Positions 38,238-64,000 of a stretch of 64,000 bases of DNA are shown here, piece after piece. Each line of letters begins with the position of its first letter. The stretch's first letter is position 1. Source of the DNA: Lingula anatina (taxonomy: Eukaryota; Animalia; Brachiopoda). The notes under the pieces were generated by a model. That model worked only from the letters and a program-made list of their open reading frames with translations, searched no databases and was not told where the DNA came from. The stretch lies in NCBI GenBank assembly GCA_051362555.1, contig CM120640.1, forward strand, positions 24,848,225 to 24,912,224. Direction: 5' to 3'. The position numbers were made by a program, and so were the translations under genes.

Positions 38238-41200
38238 TAAAATGTGCTCTGACCATTGTTAGCCTTCATTGGAACAATACTAGTATTGAACATGATGGGA
38301 CTGTGTAAAGCTTTAGAATCTGCATGTGGTGTTGTACTACTTGATATTTTGGTTGTGTAAATTGAGAAGGTGTTTGAAGTGCATACTAAGAAGAAAAGTC
38401 GCAGAACCGGTTTCTCTCTGTATTCACCACAAAGACATATATAGGTATGTTGACAAGCTGGCATCCCCCCAACTTGCTGCTCACAGCTGCAAGAAAACGT
38501 TACTGCTGTTGTGGCCATCGGGTAGATGAGGTTTTTTTACAGCATGGTAAATTAAGCATGACCAGCCAACTGTACATTACCCACACCTTTATGATGACAT
38601 AGGGTAGGTGGGGTGGTGGGTGAAAAAGAGGATAGTCATATACAAAGATGGAAACTGAGGGAGGGGGGGAAGGGACTAGAACTTGTTTAACTATATGGTT
38701 AACACTATTATGTGTTTTAGCACAAAGGTCTTTTAAGATCCACTTGTTACAATAAAGAAGAATAAAAATTGTTAAGTGGAAAAACTTGTTTTCTAATGTA
38801 GTCACTGGCTCCAGACACAGAGTGCATACAGTGCAATATGGATGTGAAGTCAACTGGAAAATCAAACATTAAAAAGTAGAACTGTGTTTTCTTTTTTTTG
38901 TTGACTTTTGAAGTATGGTCTGGAGACAGGGGACTTAAAGCTGGGGATTTTTAAACATATAAGTGTATTGCAGAAAATAGTGTTGCTTGCTCAGATTTGA
39001 TAATGAAAAGTATGCATGCTTATTGAGCTACTTTCATGGAAAATAAATGACAAAAAAACATTTTGATATACCATGTAGTTTACAAAAATTACCTGTTCTA
39101 AATTTGGTTTGGACTAAAATTGCATCTTCACTTATGATACATCTTTCAACTCTGTTTACTAAAAACTTAAGATGATTTTGAACTGTTTTTTAAGGATAAA
39201 TGTGGTGGGAGTTTGTTGTCTTTACCCTTGTAAATAATAAGACTGGTTGTGCAGAGATTAAATAAATCCTCTGCGGAGAATATTGCATGAATTTCTTTTC
39301 ATTCTGTGGTAGGGAATCACATCTATCATTTATGACAGTTTTACAAAGTCTGAATTCAAGGAGAGGGTAGACCCATTCCACTCAGCCCTTTTGCTGCATG
39401 CATTTAAAAACCTGTTTTGCAAGATCGTTTTTTGTTGGACATATTTCAAGTTGATTTTTTTCATTGCTCTGTATTAAATTCGTAAAAGTGGCAGAATATA
39501 TCTTTTCTACATCCAGGGACTTTGAATAGGAGCATATCAGATAATGCTGAATTTAGATCACCTTTAGATATCTTTTTATGGAGTATGCTTAATTGTCTAT
39601 AGGCTAAATAGATTGCATGAGAAACATCGAAATTTTCATGATCAAGGTTAGTATTAAGTCATCTGTCAAATTGTAGCTAGGTATTAACATTCGTACAGTA
39701 AGGAGAAGATTGTACTAGTAATAGTTTCCCTTCACAGGTGTTATAACAGTATATATTTGAACAACATGGGTTTCTTTATCTTGTAGAACAAGGTAAATGG
39801 AATGCACTATCTGTGGAGTGTGGGGTCATCTTTAAGTCATGCCCCTTAGATGGACACATGATAGTATGCCGTACAAACCTTGCTTATTTACTATCTGAGC
39901 ATAGTGCTTTAGGGTGTCACCAGCTGTTAGGCACAGTGTGTAGTTGATTACTTTTTTTATAAATATTTAAAAGAATTATATAGGACTTAGGTATTTGATA
40001 TATATGTTTAGTATTCAGGAGAGGTGGTTTTGTTTCAAATTCAGTAAATCTGTCAAATAAATTATCATGATCATGATTGTTTATTTTATTTTGTCTGAAA
40101 ATGGTTTAAATCTTGAAAATGGTAAATGCTGTTACAGTTTTCAAGGGAAGATGTATTTAGTGGTTTATTTATCCATTTTTTTGTATCTATAACTTATAAC
40201 TGAAGTACCAATGGCAGCAGTAACATAAGACTCTGAAAATGTTGTGTCCTCCTTACTGGGACTGGTACTGGTCTTTTGTGTTTCATTTTTGTCTGCGGTC
40301 AGCCTTAGTGTCATTCCAAGTCCAGTGTTAGATTCAGATAATGTAATAATATAGTTGATTGAACAAGACAGCTCATTTTTATTATTTAACAAAAACTGAA
40401 AGCCATGTGAACAAATGATGACAAAAGAAATCTCTGGTCAATAAGGTTGTAATATCATTTGCTCCTAGACAGTACAGAGTAGGCATGTTAATTGATATAA
40501 TAAATTGATTTCTTTGTTCGTACATGACAGGCAATCAATACAGTTCATAGAGTGACACTCTATTAGACTGTTCTGCTCAGGATAGCTTTTTGTAAAAGCC
40601 TAAGAGGGATGGTTACTTATTTCCCCATATACTGTAGTTATTGAAGGTAAGGAGGAGGTGACAAGGTTGTGTTATAACTAATCTTAATCTTGCAATTATA
40701 ATTAAGATTGTTGATATGACATGGTAGATGGAGATCATTTGTAAAATTGCCTGTCGAAAGAAGTTCAGAACTGATAGATCAGTGTTCCTCATTTCATTTC
40801 TGATGAACTTAAAAGGTGCTGGTCAGGTTACTGGAAAATTTTCTATCAATAAGATCTGTGATTTTCAAGGGACATTGCCAAGATTTTGTTGTGAATTGAT
40901 CATTTCTTGTTTGACTGGAGTTTTCTACATACCAAGTTAGTTCAGCTTCTGTAGCAACTGTGGTCTATCAAAAACCAACTAATGAATACCAAAACCCCTT
41001 AATGTGAAGAAATTGGCAGTTTTAGAATAGCAATTCATTAATTTCATGTTATAGCATTTCATTATGTTTTGCCTAGCAAAACAAACTACTTTCTTCACTA
41101 GCACAAGGTTTTATATTATTTTTATTGGCTGGAGTTTTTGTTAGTTATTTTATAAAAAAATTGTCATTTTACTTAAAATTAGATATTATTTGGAAGTAGG

Positions 41201-44200
41201 AATTAAAAGCTTGGAAGTAGTTGAACATTAAGTATAAAAACAGTCCATTAAAATTATTTTTCCATTGAGAGCACTGGGTCATTTCAAGTGAAGACTCATT
41301 TAAGTTCAGTTGTATTGGTGCAATCTCGATCTCTCCATCTAGTATAAACACACCTTTTATGAGGTTAAGTACCACATTACAAACTTGTGCTTATCTTTGC
41401 TTGACATCTTCACTTTTCCCTGCCCAGAGTGCTTTTACAGCCTGTGTCGACTTTAAATGCGCGTTTGCTTCTTTACAAATCAACCAAGTTCCAATTAAAA
41501 CAGCTATGTCTTGTTGTATAACCGAGCAGGACTGAATAGGATGAGAGAAATGGTATCTGAGGGAAGGAGAGTGTGTAATGCAGCCGGACACTATTTAAAC
41601 CTTACAGAGTATTTTCAGTTCTGTCTCCAGGGTGTGCAGATAGTGCTTGATAGTTTAACAGCTACCTTGATTGGAAAATGTTGGATTATATCACCTTTAG
41701 AGAATTAGAAGCTTAGATTGTTTAGTTGTGAAGGCAAGTTGTTTGAATCTAGACAGCCTGGTGAATGTTAGCTTGGACTTCAAACCTCTTCGGTAGGCTG
41801 TTTTTCAATATTTTTCTGTATATTGTATAGTTTAAAATGATATAAAAATATTGTTAAGTGCAATTAATATGTTTTTTCCATTCTCTTGTAATATTTAATA
41901 TTTTCTTACTCCAAAATGTGTGACAGGGTTCCTAGCACATTTATCAAACATGTTTTTAAAGACATAACAATAGCACAGTTGGCATAAAGGGAATATTACA
42001 TCATTGATGTAACAGTACTTTTATTTTATGTTTCAAGCCATATACTTACAGAAACAAAACATGTTTGACCACTGTTTCCAGAGTTCAGTAAAACCGGAAA
42101 TGTTTTTATTGAATCTTAAGACAATCGTCACTCTGTGTATGAGTGATGAGTCAATCACAAAACAAAATTACTATATATATGGTGGGCTCATCATGCACTG
42201 GTCAAAAATATCATATTTCTTTTTTATGTTCACGATTTACAAAAAAAGGAATCAGGTTGAATTCTACTTGTTTGTTTTTTTCAGTTGAAAGTCTCTGATT
42301 AGGCCATTGTGAGTGAGCATCAGAGATTACAGAGAGAAAACAAGCAGTCCAGAGGTAAGAAACCAGATTTCATTTATTGATCTCAACACACCCCTGTTTG
42401 TTGCTAGTGTTCAACTTTTCGTTCTCTACAATAATAATTCTACACAGCATAATCTCTGCTAGGATTATCAAGCATAATACAGCACTCCATAGCGTAAATT
42501 AAAGGAATCCTATAACACATGAAGAGTCAGAATAGCATTACACCTAGTAAAAACATACACTGCAGAAAGGATTACAAAAGTGCCTGATGGCTTTTAGTGC
42601 ATGCATTTTATGGTTATTTCTCAGAGTAATATGAAGTGCTTTATGTCTGTCATATTTATGTGAAGTAATGTGAACCTACATTGTGTCTGTTCTTTTGGCT
42701 GTGATATATGATATAAGACCTCAGTAGTAGTAGTATTATGGATGATTGGGTTTTTACACCTGATGTTCTTATGTAATGGAGGGAGTGAAAGTCTTCTGAA
42801 AGTAATGGAAGAAAATAGATTACAGCTAGGATTGCTTTGGACATATGTGGTCTACATCTGTATTGCTTGTATTTATATCAACTACGTGTGTGGTTCCAAT
42901 CAGTTCTATTTAAAACAAATACATGTTTTGATGTTTTATCATCAGTCAAACTGCAAAAACTATGACATAATAGTTCATGAATGTTTGCCAAAAGCCCCAG
43001 TTTAGTTTTTAGACAACACATGAAATAAAATATTGATACAAAATACATGAAAATATTTTTGATGCTAGAAAGATGTTTGATACAGAATATTTTGATCTGC
43101 AATAAAGTGGTATAGCACAACTGTATCAGGTAGGAACTATGGAATGCCAGACAGTGGCCTTTCAATTCCAGTTTGTGATAAGTAAAACTTCCTGCAATGC
43201 ATTAACAAATTTAAAAATTCACCAAATGAAGTTGGTCAGAACAAATTAGGTATTCATGCATGAGAATTTATGATGACTGTAACTGTCATTATTTTGATTT
43301 TCTGGCAGCAGTAATGTTGATATACCTTGAAAGATGAATGCTGTATGAAAAAACTGTCTATTTGGCGCAGGAACTGATGCTTAGTCATGCTTGGGGTGCT
43401 ATTTTGGTAAAAAGTCAGCCACAGAAAACAGATTGAGTGCATTTTTCCTCAGTCTCAAGTTAGTCAGCCTCTGGCGTAGGTTGTAGGGTTTTATGTGAGA
43501 TATACCTGGCTGTTAAGGTAAGTGAAAAAAGTACTTGGCACTGGTCTGATTTTTGAAAAGAATTGTACAGATGTAGGACAAGATTCTAGTCATATTATGT
43601 CCTAGTGAACACCTGAATATTCTTAATTGTTTCAACGCAGAGTACATTTTAGAGAAGAAGGTAATCTGTCCCAGCTTCTATATATTTCCATTTGATAGGA
43701 ACAAGTGTGCGTGGAAACTAAGGCAAACAATGTAGCAGCTTTGAATTTGTTGTTGGGTCAAAAGTTGATGGTAGATAAGAAGTATTATTTGTAGGAGTAG
43801 GTTATTTTTGTATGCAGATGGTGGAGGTATTTCGCATTTTTATCTAAAACATACGTACTCCCACTCTAAATTGATTGAAGCATGTTTGAATTGAAGGGAA
43901 GGCCGAAAATTGAAGATTTGATCAAGCAGATCATCAGTGAATTAAAAAGTTATATTGAAGAAACATTAGTATATGACATTATTAAGTCAAAACAGAATCT
44001 ATATTTTAAAGGATTAACCCCAATCTTCTGAAGTGTGCCATATGATATCCATGATAGTAATCTGAGTTGAGAGTAGAAACCCTTCACCTGGTTACTGTGC
44101 AGGTAACTCTGATTACAGGTAAGAGGGCCAGTGTATTCAGTTACATTGAGGCTTTTATTTACCTGCAGATTTGATCTGTATAAATGCCTAAATGCTGATG

Positions 44201-47200
44201 ACTGCAATGATATGACACAGTAATATAGCCATCTGTGCATGAAGAAGTGTCCATGTGCGGGTAGTCAGATGTAATGTTGATAGAAAGTGAACCTGGTTCA
44301 ATCAGAAAGCCACACATTAGTTTACTGTCAACATATATCAAAGGGTCTTTCAGTACAGCATGCTGAATGGTGCTAACCAGTAGCAGAGGCCACCAAAGAA
44401 GGGTTCTGGGAAATTCAAAGGTTGGTAATATTCTTGTATAAGAGACATTTATACTACTGAGTTCCATCTTGACAGAAGTAGGCATGTAGATAAGTCATAT
44501 TCAGTAATTTCTGAATTTTCTTTTATTATATTGGTTGTATATTGGCTAAGATATCCCCATTTTCATTTTAAATGGCTTAATTTACTAATGTTCAATCCAC
44601 ATGGCATCCATTTAAAGTGATTTGATTGCTTCCCTCTGAACCAAAATAATGTATTTTTCATGAGATGAAAGTACAAGGAATGCTTTACATCTCTTTTTTG
44701 GTTAAAATAAGTGAAGAAAAACTAAAAGCAATATTACAGAACTTTTTGTGAAAGCTATATTTTGCCAGAACCCTGCCAACCTCTCGGTAATATTTTTACA
44801 CACATTCTATAATCAGTCCTGTCACCTTAGTCATTGTCAACATACTCTGATAACTTGGGATTTGTAAAGCAAGGTGGGTCAAATGTTTAAGGACACATCT
44901 GCAACAACATATCTAGAATAAATTTCAGTATGATAAAAATAGATATATGTATATTAAAATAGTGCCTAGTTGACCATATGTCCATAAAGTCCCTATGGGC
45001 AAGTGTGACTGCTGAATAAGGTCAAGTCTATAAAGTCGAGTTATGTGAGAAGTATGGATGGAAGAGGACAAGTCTGACATTTCAATAGAGAACATGGAGA
45101 CATACGTGGTATAGATAGTGTAGCAGATGATGGTAAATATGTATTGCCTCATAATATTTTGATGGAGTGAAAGTGAACTTGTAGTTGGACAACTTGATGC
45201 TAATGCTTTGACTGAGTCATTACAACATTCAAATGGAGACTGGTTAAGTAAGATTGTTATGTATATCTAAACAAACTACTAAAACCTTAAATGCTAAGTT
45301 TCAGTAATCATGCCAAAAGCTTATGTTTTACTATGCCGTGGCATAGCTGAGAGGAGACACACTACTGCAAGTATACTGTTTATCCTTTAAGATATTGCCC
45401 ATGTGTAAGTTTTTACTGTAGTTTACCTGTAAACGTGAGTCTGGCTCAGGTAGACGAGATAAACACACCTGTTCTCAGTATGTCTGATAACCATATCCAC
45501 ACACAGGGCATGGTAATAAAAGTAGACCTTCACATTTGGGATTTACCTGAGACATCCTGTTAGGTCAGCAGATTGCTTTGAAATGGCTCTGCCTGTGGAT
45601 GATTACAGGGGTGTTGTTTTTTATTACCAGCTTTTTCAAATGGTTCACAGTGGAACACTTAAAAAGGAAAGCAACCTGATGATCAAGAACAACACTTGGG
45701 GTGAAGTTTTCAGGTGAAGACGCACCTTTTATGTACAGTATTACAGGTGGAAAGAGAGGAGGGCTTGGCTTGGGGATTGTGTTGCCTGTTGGTCAGTTGT
45801 TGTCCAGAGGCTTATTGAGTCAAACTGAAATTATTTTTACATCAAACTCCCTAGTTTGTATGATGACCAAACTATGAATTGTAAGAATTAAATACAGAGC
45901 ATATGTATGTTTAGGGCATAGAATCAAAATCTCATTAAGACTACAAGACCAATGTTATTCTAGTTATCATGGGGTCTCTAGCTAGGCAGTAGTGAAGGAA
46001 TGTATAGTATAAATATACACCATGGATTTTCCCTGCCATTATATATCTGCAGTATCCTAATTTTCCTTTAAAACATACACTTACAGGTAGGGGTTATTAT
46101 TGCTGTTCACCTGCATGTGGAGCCTCCTCTTATGATTATAGTTATATAGTGTATGAAGCCCCATGTATTAAGCTGGTATACTGGTTTATATTTGGAGACC
46201 ATCAAGGTAGGATAAGTGATGATGTTCTGAAATAGTCCTATATACAAGTGCACAGAGTTTGATAAGTTATCTTTTTTGATGAAAAATAGGAAAAAAATTA
46301 TTTTTAAAAAAAGCTGGAAAATCATTTATTAGTTAGAAAAGTTGCATATCTGTGGCTTGATCCAAATAAGGAAGAGCAAATATGACATTGTAGAAAATGT
46401 TAAAACACTTAATTTATTGTTTCTTTTTACAGCTTACAAAAAAAGAACAGGTACTGATGTCTGCAAAGTTAAATTTAACAGATTTATAATCCTAGTGTCA
46501 GAGGTAAGATGATATACTGTGGCTTGACGGCATACAAACCCCAACTGTCATCTTACATGTTTTCACTCCCTTCCCTTTAAATGAATGATCAGACAAACAT
46601 TACATGTTTTCATTTTGGTGAAAAAAAAAAACAAGCCCTGTTACACAACAACCAAAAAAGAATGCATTTACTTTTTACCACAGCATTAAATTGTTCCCAT
46701 TTGTTTCTTTTCTCACCTGGAAAGTCACAATAGATTTGATATTTTGTATATATCTGAAGAATCCTATCCATCATGGAGCAGAAGTGTACTGTACCAGTTC
46801 ATTGTATCTCTCAGCTGGCATGCTCACTGTCTTTGGCATCCTCAACTGAATGCAAAGAAAGGGGCCTTCACCATGGATTATCATTACTGTGGACTATCAA
46901 ATACCTGATACCATTATAAAGAATGTGTAGTTATTTAGCTAAAAAGGGGGAAGCTGATGTGCGTTAGGGCGATGGGAGGTCACTTAAAGGTCTCAGCAGA
47001 ATACTCTTAATAATTCCGCACACGGAAAGCTGTCACACTGCTCCAGAAAAGCTGGTTGCTGACTGGGAGGGGTGCTGGGACACTTCTTAAATCTCTGTCA
47101 CTAAATGTGGGTAACCTTAACACATTTTTGTTGTTGTAGTGGTTCTTCAAGGTGACATCGCATTTCATCAGGAGGTAAGAAATAAGTTTGTTTAATATTT

Positions 47201-50083
47201 CATCAAATTTGATTTAATTTTATGATATAATTTAGCTTTCATGATTTATATGGTAGCCAATGTTAAATAAAGCGGAAGAGTCACTTCTATCAAGAGGATG
47301 GAAGCCTCTGAACTTTAAACAAGTTTGACTACTTTGTGGACGTACCATTAAAGTTCGGAGCTATGTATCTCTCTTAAGGTATGAAGTGAAAAAGGGTGTG
47401 AGAAACCAAGAATATGGAAAAAGTGAACACAAGCTGAAATAAAAGCAGCTGCTATTATGTAACTCATTGTTTATTTTGAAATTTCAAACCCTTTTTTTTG
47501 GGGGGGGGGGGTGATAGGACTATAGATATTTGTTGCTGGATTGCTTTATAACTTCATATCATATAAGATGGCTGTCACCTGTGATATTTACACATACATT
47601 TGCTAGTTACCAAGGGGCTAGATGGCATCTTGGATAAAATTTGCATTTTAGAGAAATTTAATGACTAACTATGGTCAAATTTGAAGATGCCCACCATAAG
47701 GCAAATGTGGTTTCTTTCTCTGTACTTTTAAGTTTTCTCTTTTGAAACCATACTTTTTTGGGTGATTAAAAATGTTTTTAAACGTTTTTTTTTTTTAATA
47801 AAATGAATGGCAATCAAAGTTATAGAGAAGTAAAGGTAAATACTGCACCACTTTATATACATATATATTCTGTGTATTTATTATTTTTTGATAACCCATC
47901 AAAGGCATGCTGCTTTCCTTTCATCTCAGACATTTTGGAAGTATTTTAGGTGTCACCCTCGTACCTGTCCATCCTCTACTCTATATGCAAGCAGCAATGC
48001 CTATTTGGTAAAACAGGCTTCATACAGGTTCACTCCAAATGACCACAGGGTTTAGGTCAGTTCTAGTTGATATGCAGTCTATTTCCAGCAGACTACTATA
48101 GTGCTTGCTGTGTATGTTATTATTTTCTCACTGGGAATCTATGAGTGATGTAATGCTTTTTTTTTTGTATGGAGCTAGGGCAATTGCAGCTTGGCTGACT
48201 TTAGGTATGGATGCGTGTGTATGCATATTGCGCATGTGTGCGTAGATGCATGCATTTGTGTGTTAAAGATGGAATAGAATCTGAAGGGGGATGTCACCTA
48301 TGAGGGTAAGAGTGTAAGTAAAATCAGCCTCTCAATAAGAGCTTGTAGCACCCAAAAGAAGATGCACTGTGCCAAGGTCAAATGCGTAGGTTGTGAGAGG
48401 GGGATGCGAGGAATAAGAGGTTAAAGGGATAATTTAGCTTCCACATATAGCAGGCAGAAGTTGTAGGGTGTAGCTAGGAATATGAATATTCTGATAGGTA
48501 AGTAAATAGTTCTATTCATTGTTTCCACATGTGCTGTGAACCTACTGATCAGATTTATATAATTTCTAAATGAATGTGAATAGGAATACAAAGGGAATCT
48601 ATTTTAGCTTGTTAAAAATGATTCAACTCAGTGTAGAATTGTAGGATTTTACTATTACTTAGTAGCTTTATCAGGTACTTATTATGAAATAAGGACTGAG
48701 GTGTCTTGGTTTGTTCTGATAATTTCAAGAAGCCACATTACATGATAGTTATTTCTGCCTTTAATATCTTCCTCTACACCCAGTTTGATGGTTGCATGTT
48801 ACTGAACATAACTTAGTCCCGTTGTTTGTGTTGTCTGTCTTAGGTGCCTAAATGCCAGTTATCGCACACATTTTGCCAACTGAGGTGATTAATTCTCACA
48901 AATATGACAATTATTTGATCCTGTATTTCCTGGGATTAACTGCAGGAGATCATGCTAAAATCGCATTTTGGCAGAGGCTCTATATCAGTTTGTGTTCTAT
49001 AAGACTGTGTTCAGGAGCAACAGCAGCAACTACCTGCTTGTGAACAGTAAAAAAGGTTGAACTGACAGAGCTAATTACGAATAAAATTGATAATAAATTA
49101 CACAACCTAGACCGTGCCAATTTTTGAATATGACTTCAGTGTTGTTCTTTACCCTGAAGTACAGCAAACAACTGTTTGGAAGCACATTACTATTTGAAGT
49201 GGCGTGCCAGTGAGGGCACATTGTTGGCCTGGGAATAGTGCTGAAGTGAGTAGTTTGGCGTCATTGTGTGTGGTTTTTGTTATTGTTCTGTTAGATCTCT
49301 CAGGTGTAACATATTTTTTCTGGTCTCCATTTGTTGAACATGCATGTGACATGAAAAAAGTTTACTGCTTACTGAAACAGAATTCTTGTGAACATAACCT
49401 GTTGATCTCTTGATATAGGATTTTAAATAATTGAAGATACACCAGTTTTTTCTTTCTTTCTTTCCTTTTTCTTTCTTTCTTTCTTTTTTTTTTTTGTCAT
49501 AAATGATTCAAACGGACATGGGAGAGCTTGCATGAATAAAGATATTTAAATAAAGTTATTTAAAAAATATAAAGAAATTGACTTAACAGTTATGCTTAAC
49601 TCTAACTGCTGTTGACAGTAAATTGTGAGTAAATTATCTATGTATTGGAATTGATTCACTTGAAAAAATTATTTTGACATGACGGCACATGAATGGCAGT
49701 GACCCAGTGATTTAGTTGGACATCACAGAGTTATTAGAGCATGTAGTCTGGGCACCTGAGAGTCAACTTTAAAATATAGACTTGAAACAGCTTAATTGTT
49801 GAAATTCTTTGCTTTGAGACGTCAGATGTCAAAACAATCTGTTAAGGATCCAAGTGATCTGTATTTGTGTGCTCACATGCCTGCATGCCTGCTGTGTGTA
49901 CTGTGGATGTCTTACCTTGGGTGGTGTGGGTTTTTTACATTCAATTGGAGTGTGGCACAGTTGTCTCCAGGCATGCAGGCCTTCATTTTGTGCTCAGCAG
50001 TGAACTGAGTAATAGTGTCTTCCAAGGAACCATAGCCCTATGATAAATGTGTATACGGTACCGTGTAGTGGAGAAAGATCATA

Positions 50084-50223
50084 GTTGCATCATAGAAGTC
50101 ATTGTTGTGCTGATGTTGTTTAGGTTCCAAGTTCTTTAATTGAAACCTTGCATCTGTTGCATCATAGAAGTCATTGTGCTGATTTTGTCTAGGTTCCAAG
50201 TTCCTAAATTGAAACCATGCATC
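50084..50223. repeat. ~72-bp tandem duplication
   Basis: GTTGCATCATAGAAGTCATTG...AGGTTCCAAGTTC.T.AATTGAAACC.TGCATC is present twice. Confidence 0.9.
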
Positions 50224-51017
50224 AGAACATAATTTTAGCAGTCTCTATCACAGACTTGCGAACTTATCTCTTGTCTTTGTCAGTCAAGGCACCTTTTTTT
50301 GTTGGTATGCTGGATGCATAATACAGAGAATTTAGAACATTCCAATGAATGTGTTTTTCACATTGCTGGTTAACCTTGTCTGACTACAATAAAAAAGCTT
50401 TGACAGAATGTTTAGAAGATTGTTTGACATTCAAAGGGTTTCTTGCTGATTTTCATGATGCCTAAAATACTTGGAACTTTTCCCAACTTTTGTTAATTTA
50501 AGTGGAAGTGTTGTCAAAAAATTTTACATTTGTCTAATTGAATTTAAAGTGTCATTAAAATTGAAATCTAGATTTTAGTGAAAAAAATGCATTTTTTTTT
50601 TGTTCTCAATTTTTTACTATCTTCATTTTCTGTTGACGTCATTTGTTAAGTGGAAACCTCTACACAGTAAAAGAGGTCGTATATAGTGCTTCTTCCCAAG
50701 AACAACATCCAAGAGTTGTGTTGTTTAGATTTACCAGTACAACTAAGTTATTATATCTGTAGACTATTTGTGCAACAAAAACAAATGAAAATTAAACAGT
50801 TGTCAAAGGTCAACAATTTTTCCAGAAGAAAACACTGCTACATTTAAAAAGATGTTGGCTTTCACTTGTTGAACAATTTACTTCAGTTAAAGAAGTCAAT
50901 AAAACAGAGAACTATGTTATACTTTAATTTTCATGGTATGTAAAATTTGACTGTTTTTATTTTCAGGGAAGTATGGTTTAGGAATATAACTGAGTTCTAC
51001 ACACGTAAAAAAGAAAG

Positions 51018-63495
<12,478 letters not shown>

Positions 63496-64000
63496 GTAAG
63501 GGGCCTAAGCTTTTTCCTCTCATTGTTGCTGTGCTGGGTTTCATTCATTGTATATTGGTATAACTAACAAGTAGAAAAAGTAGCATTAATTTCAGTGAAT
63601 TACTTTAACAGTATTGAGAATAGTGGTTCATTTTGGTCACTTTTGCTAATTGGACTTTTTTCCAAATGTAAAGAAAATAATACTAAAAAATTTTGGTTTA
63701 TGGAATATTATTGTATTATATTGAATAACATAGGGTATTATAATGGTAATAAGTTGGCTTCATCACATAACTGTAGAATTTGTCAATTATATATTTTGAT
63801 GGAAAGGTAAAAAAGATGAACCAGAATTATCAACAGGTATATGCCCAAATTTACAGACACTTAATTATGGCAGGCAGGCAAAAAGCATACCAGTCATTAC
63901 ATTTTTGTCAGTCTTTGAATTCCCCTGAAACTTCTTTCTTTTTAAGCAATAACTTGCCTTACTCGTGTAGAGAGTTCTGTAGAGATTTAGAAACTGTAAT

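Noticed and set aside
38171-38518. Polyproline ORF
   Set aside because: It is the translation of the poly-G tract in an intron.
63971-63982. Possible final KANK exon (RVL*) after GTGTAG
   Set aside because: The acceptor is weak and at the window edge. The true last exon may lie beyond the window.

Overview
AT-rich, intron-rich animal genomic DNA, probably an invertebrate; the taxon cannot be fixed from sequence alone. Three spliced protein-coding genes can be assembled by hand with consistent GT-AG phases. (1) A 26-exon, ~1017-aa ankyrin-repeat TRP-family channel on the minus strand (16203-29722), with three in-frame microexons. (2) A 7-exon, 229-aa C6orf62 orthologue (30989-34939), head-to-head with the TRP gene. 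(3) A KANK gene (CDS from 51018, one 4.2-kb exon, C-terminal ankyrin exons, last exon unresolved). The most unusual region is the first ~7 kb, which looks like a TATA-driven, multi-exon, apparently non-coding transcription unit built from repeats. It has a 131-bp tandem array in which every unit is a complete intron plus a 52-nt exon. A second exonic array has the same 52-nt period and is partly antisense to the first. A 70-nt array follows, and a cluster of back-to-back hairpins lies just past the likely poly(A) signal. MITE-like elements, a decayed Penelope endonuclease fragment, local duplications and an orphan promoter/first exon near 10 kb are also present. All calls were made by eye, with no searches or expression data.
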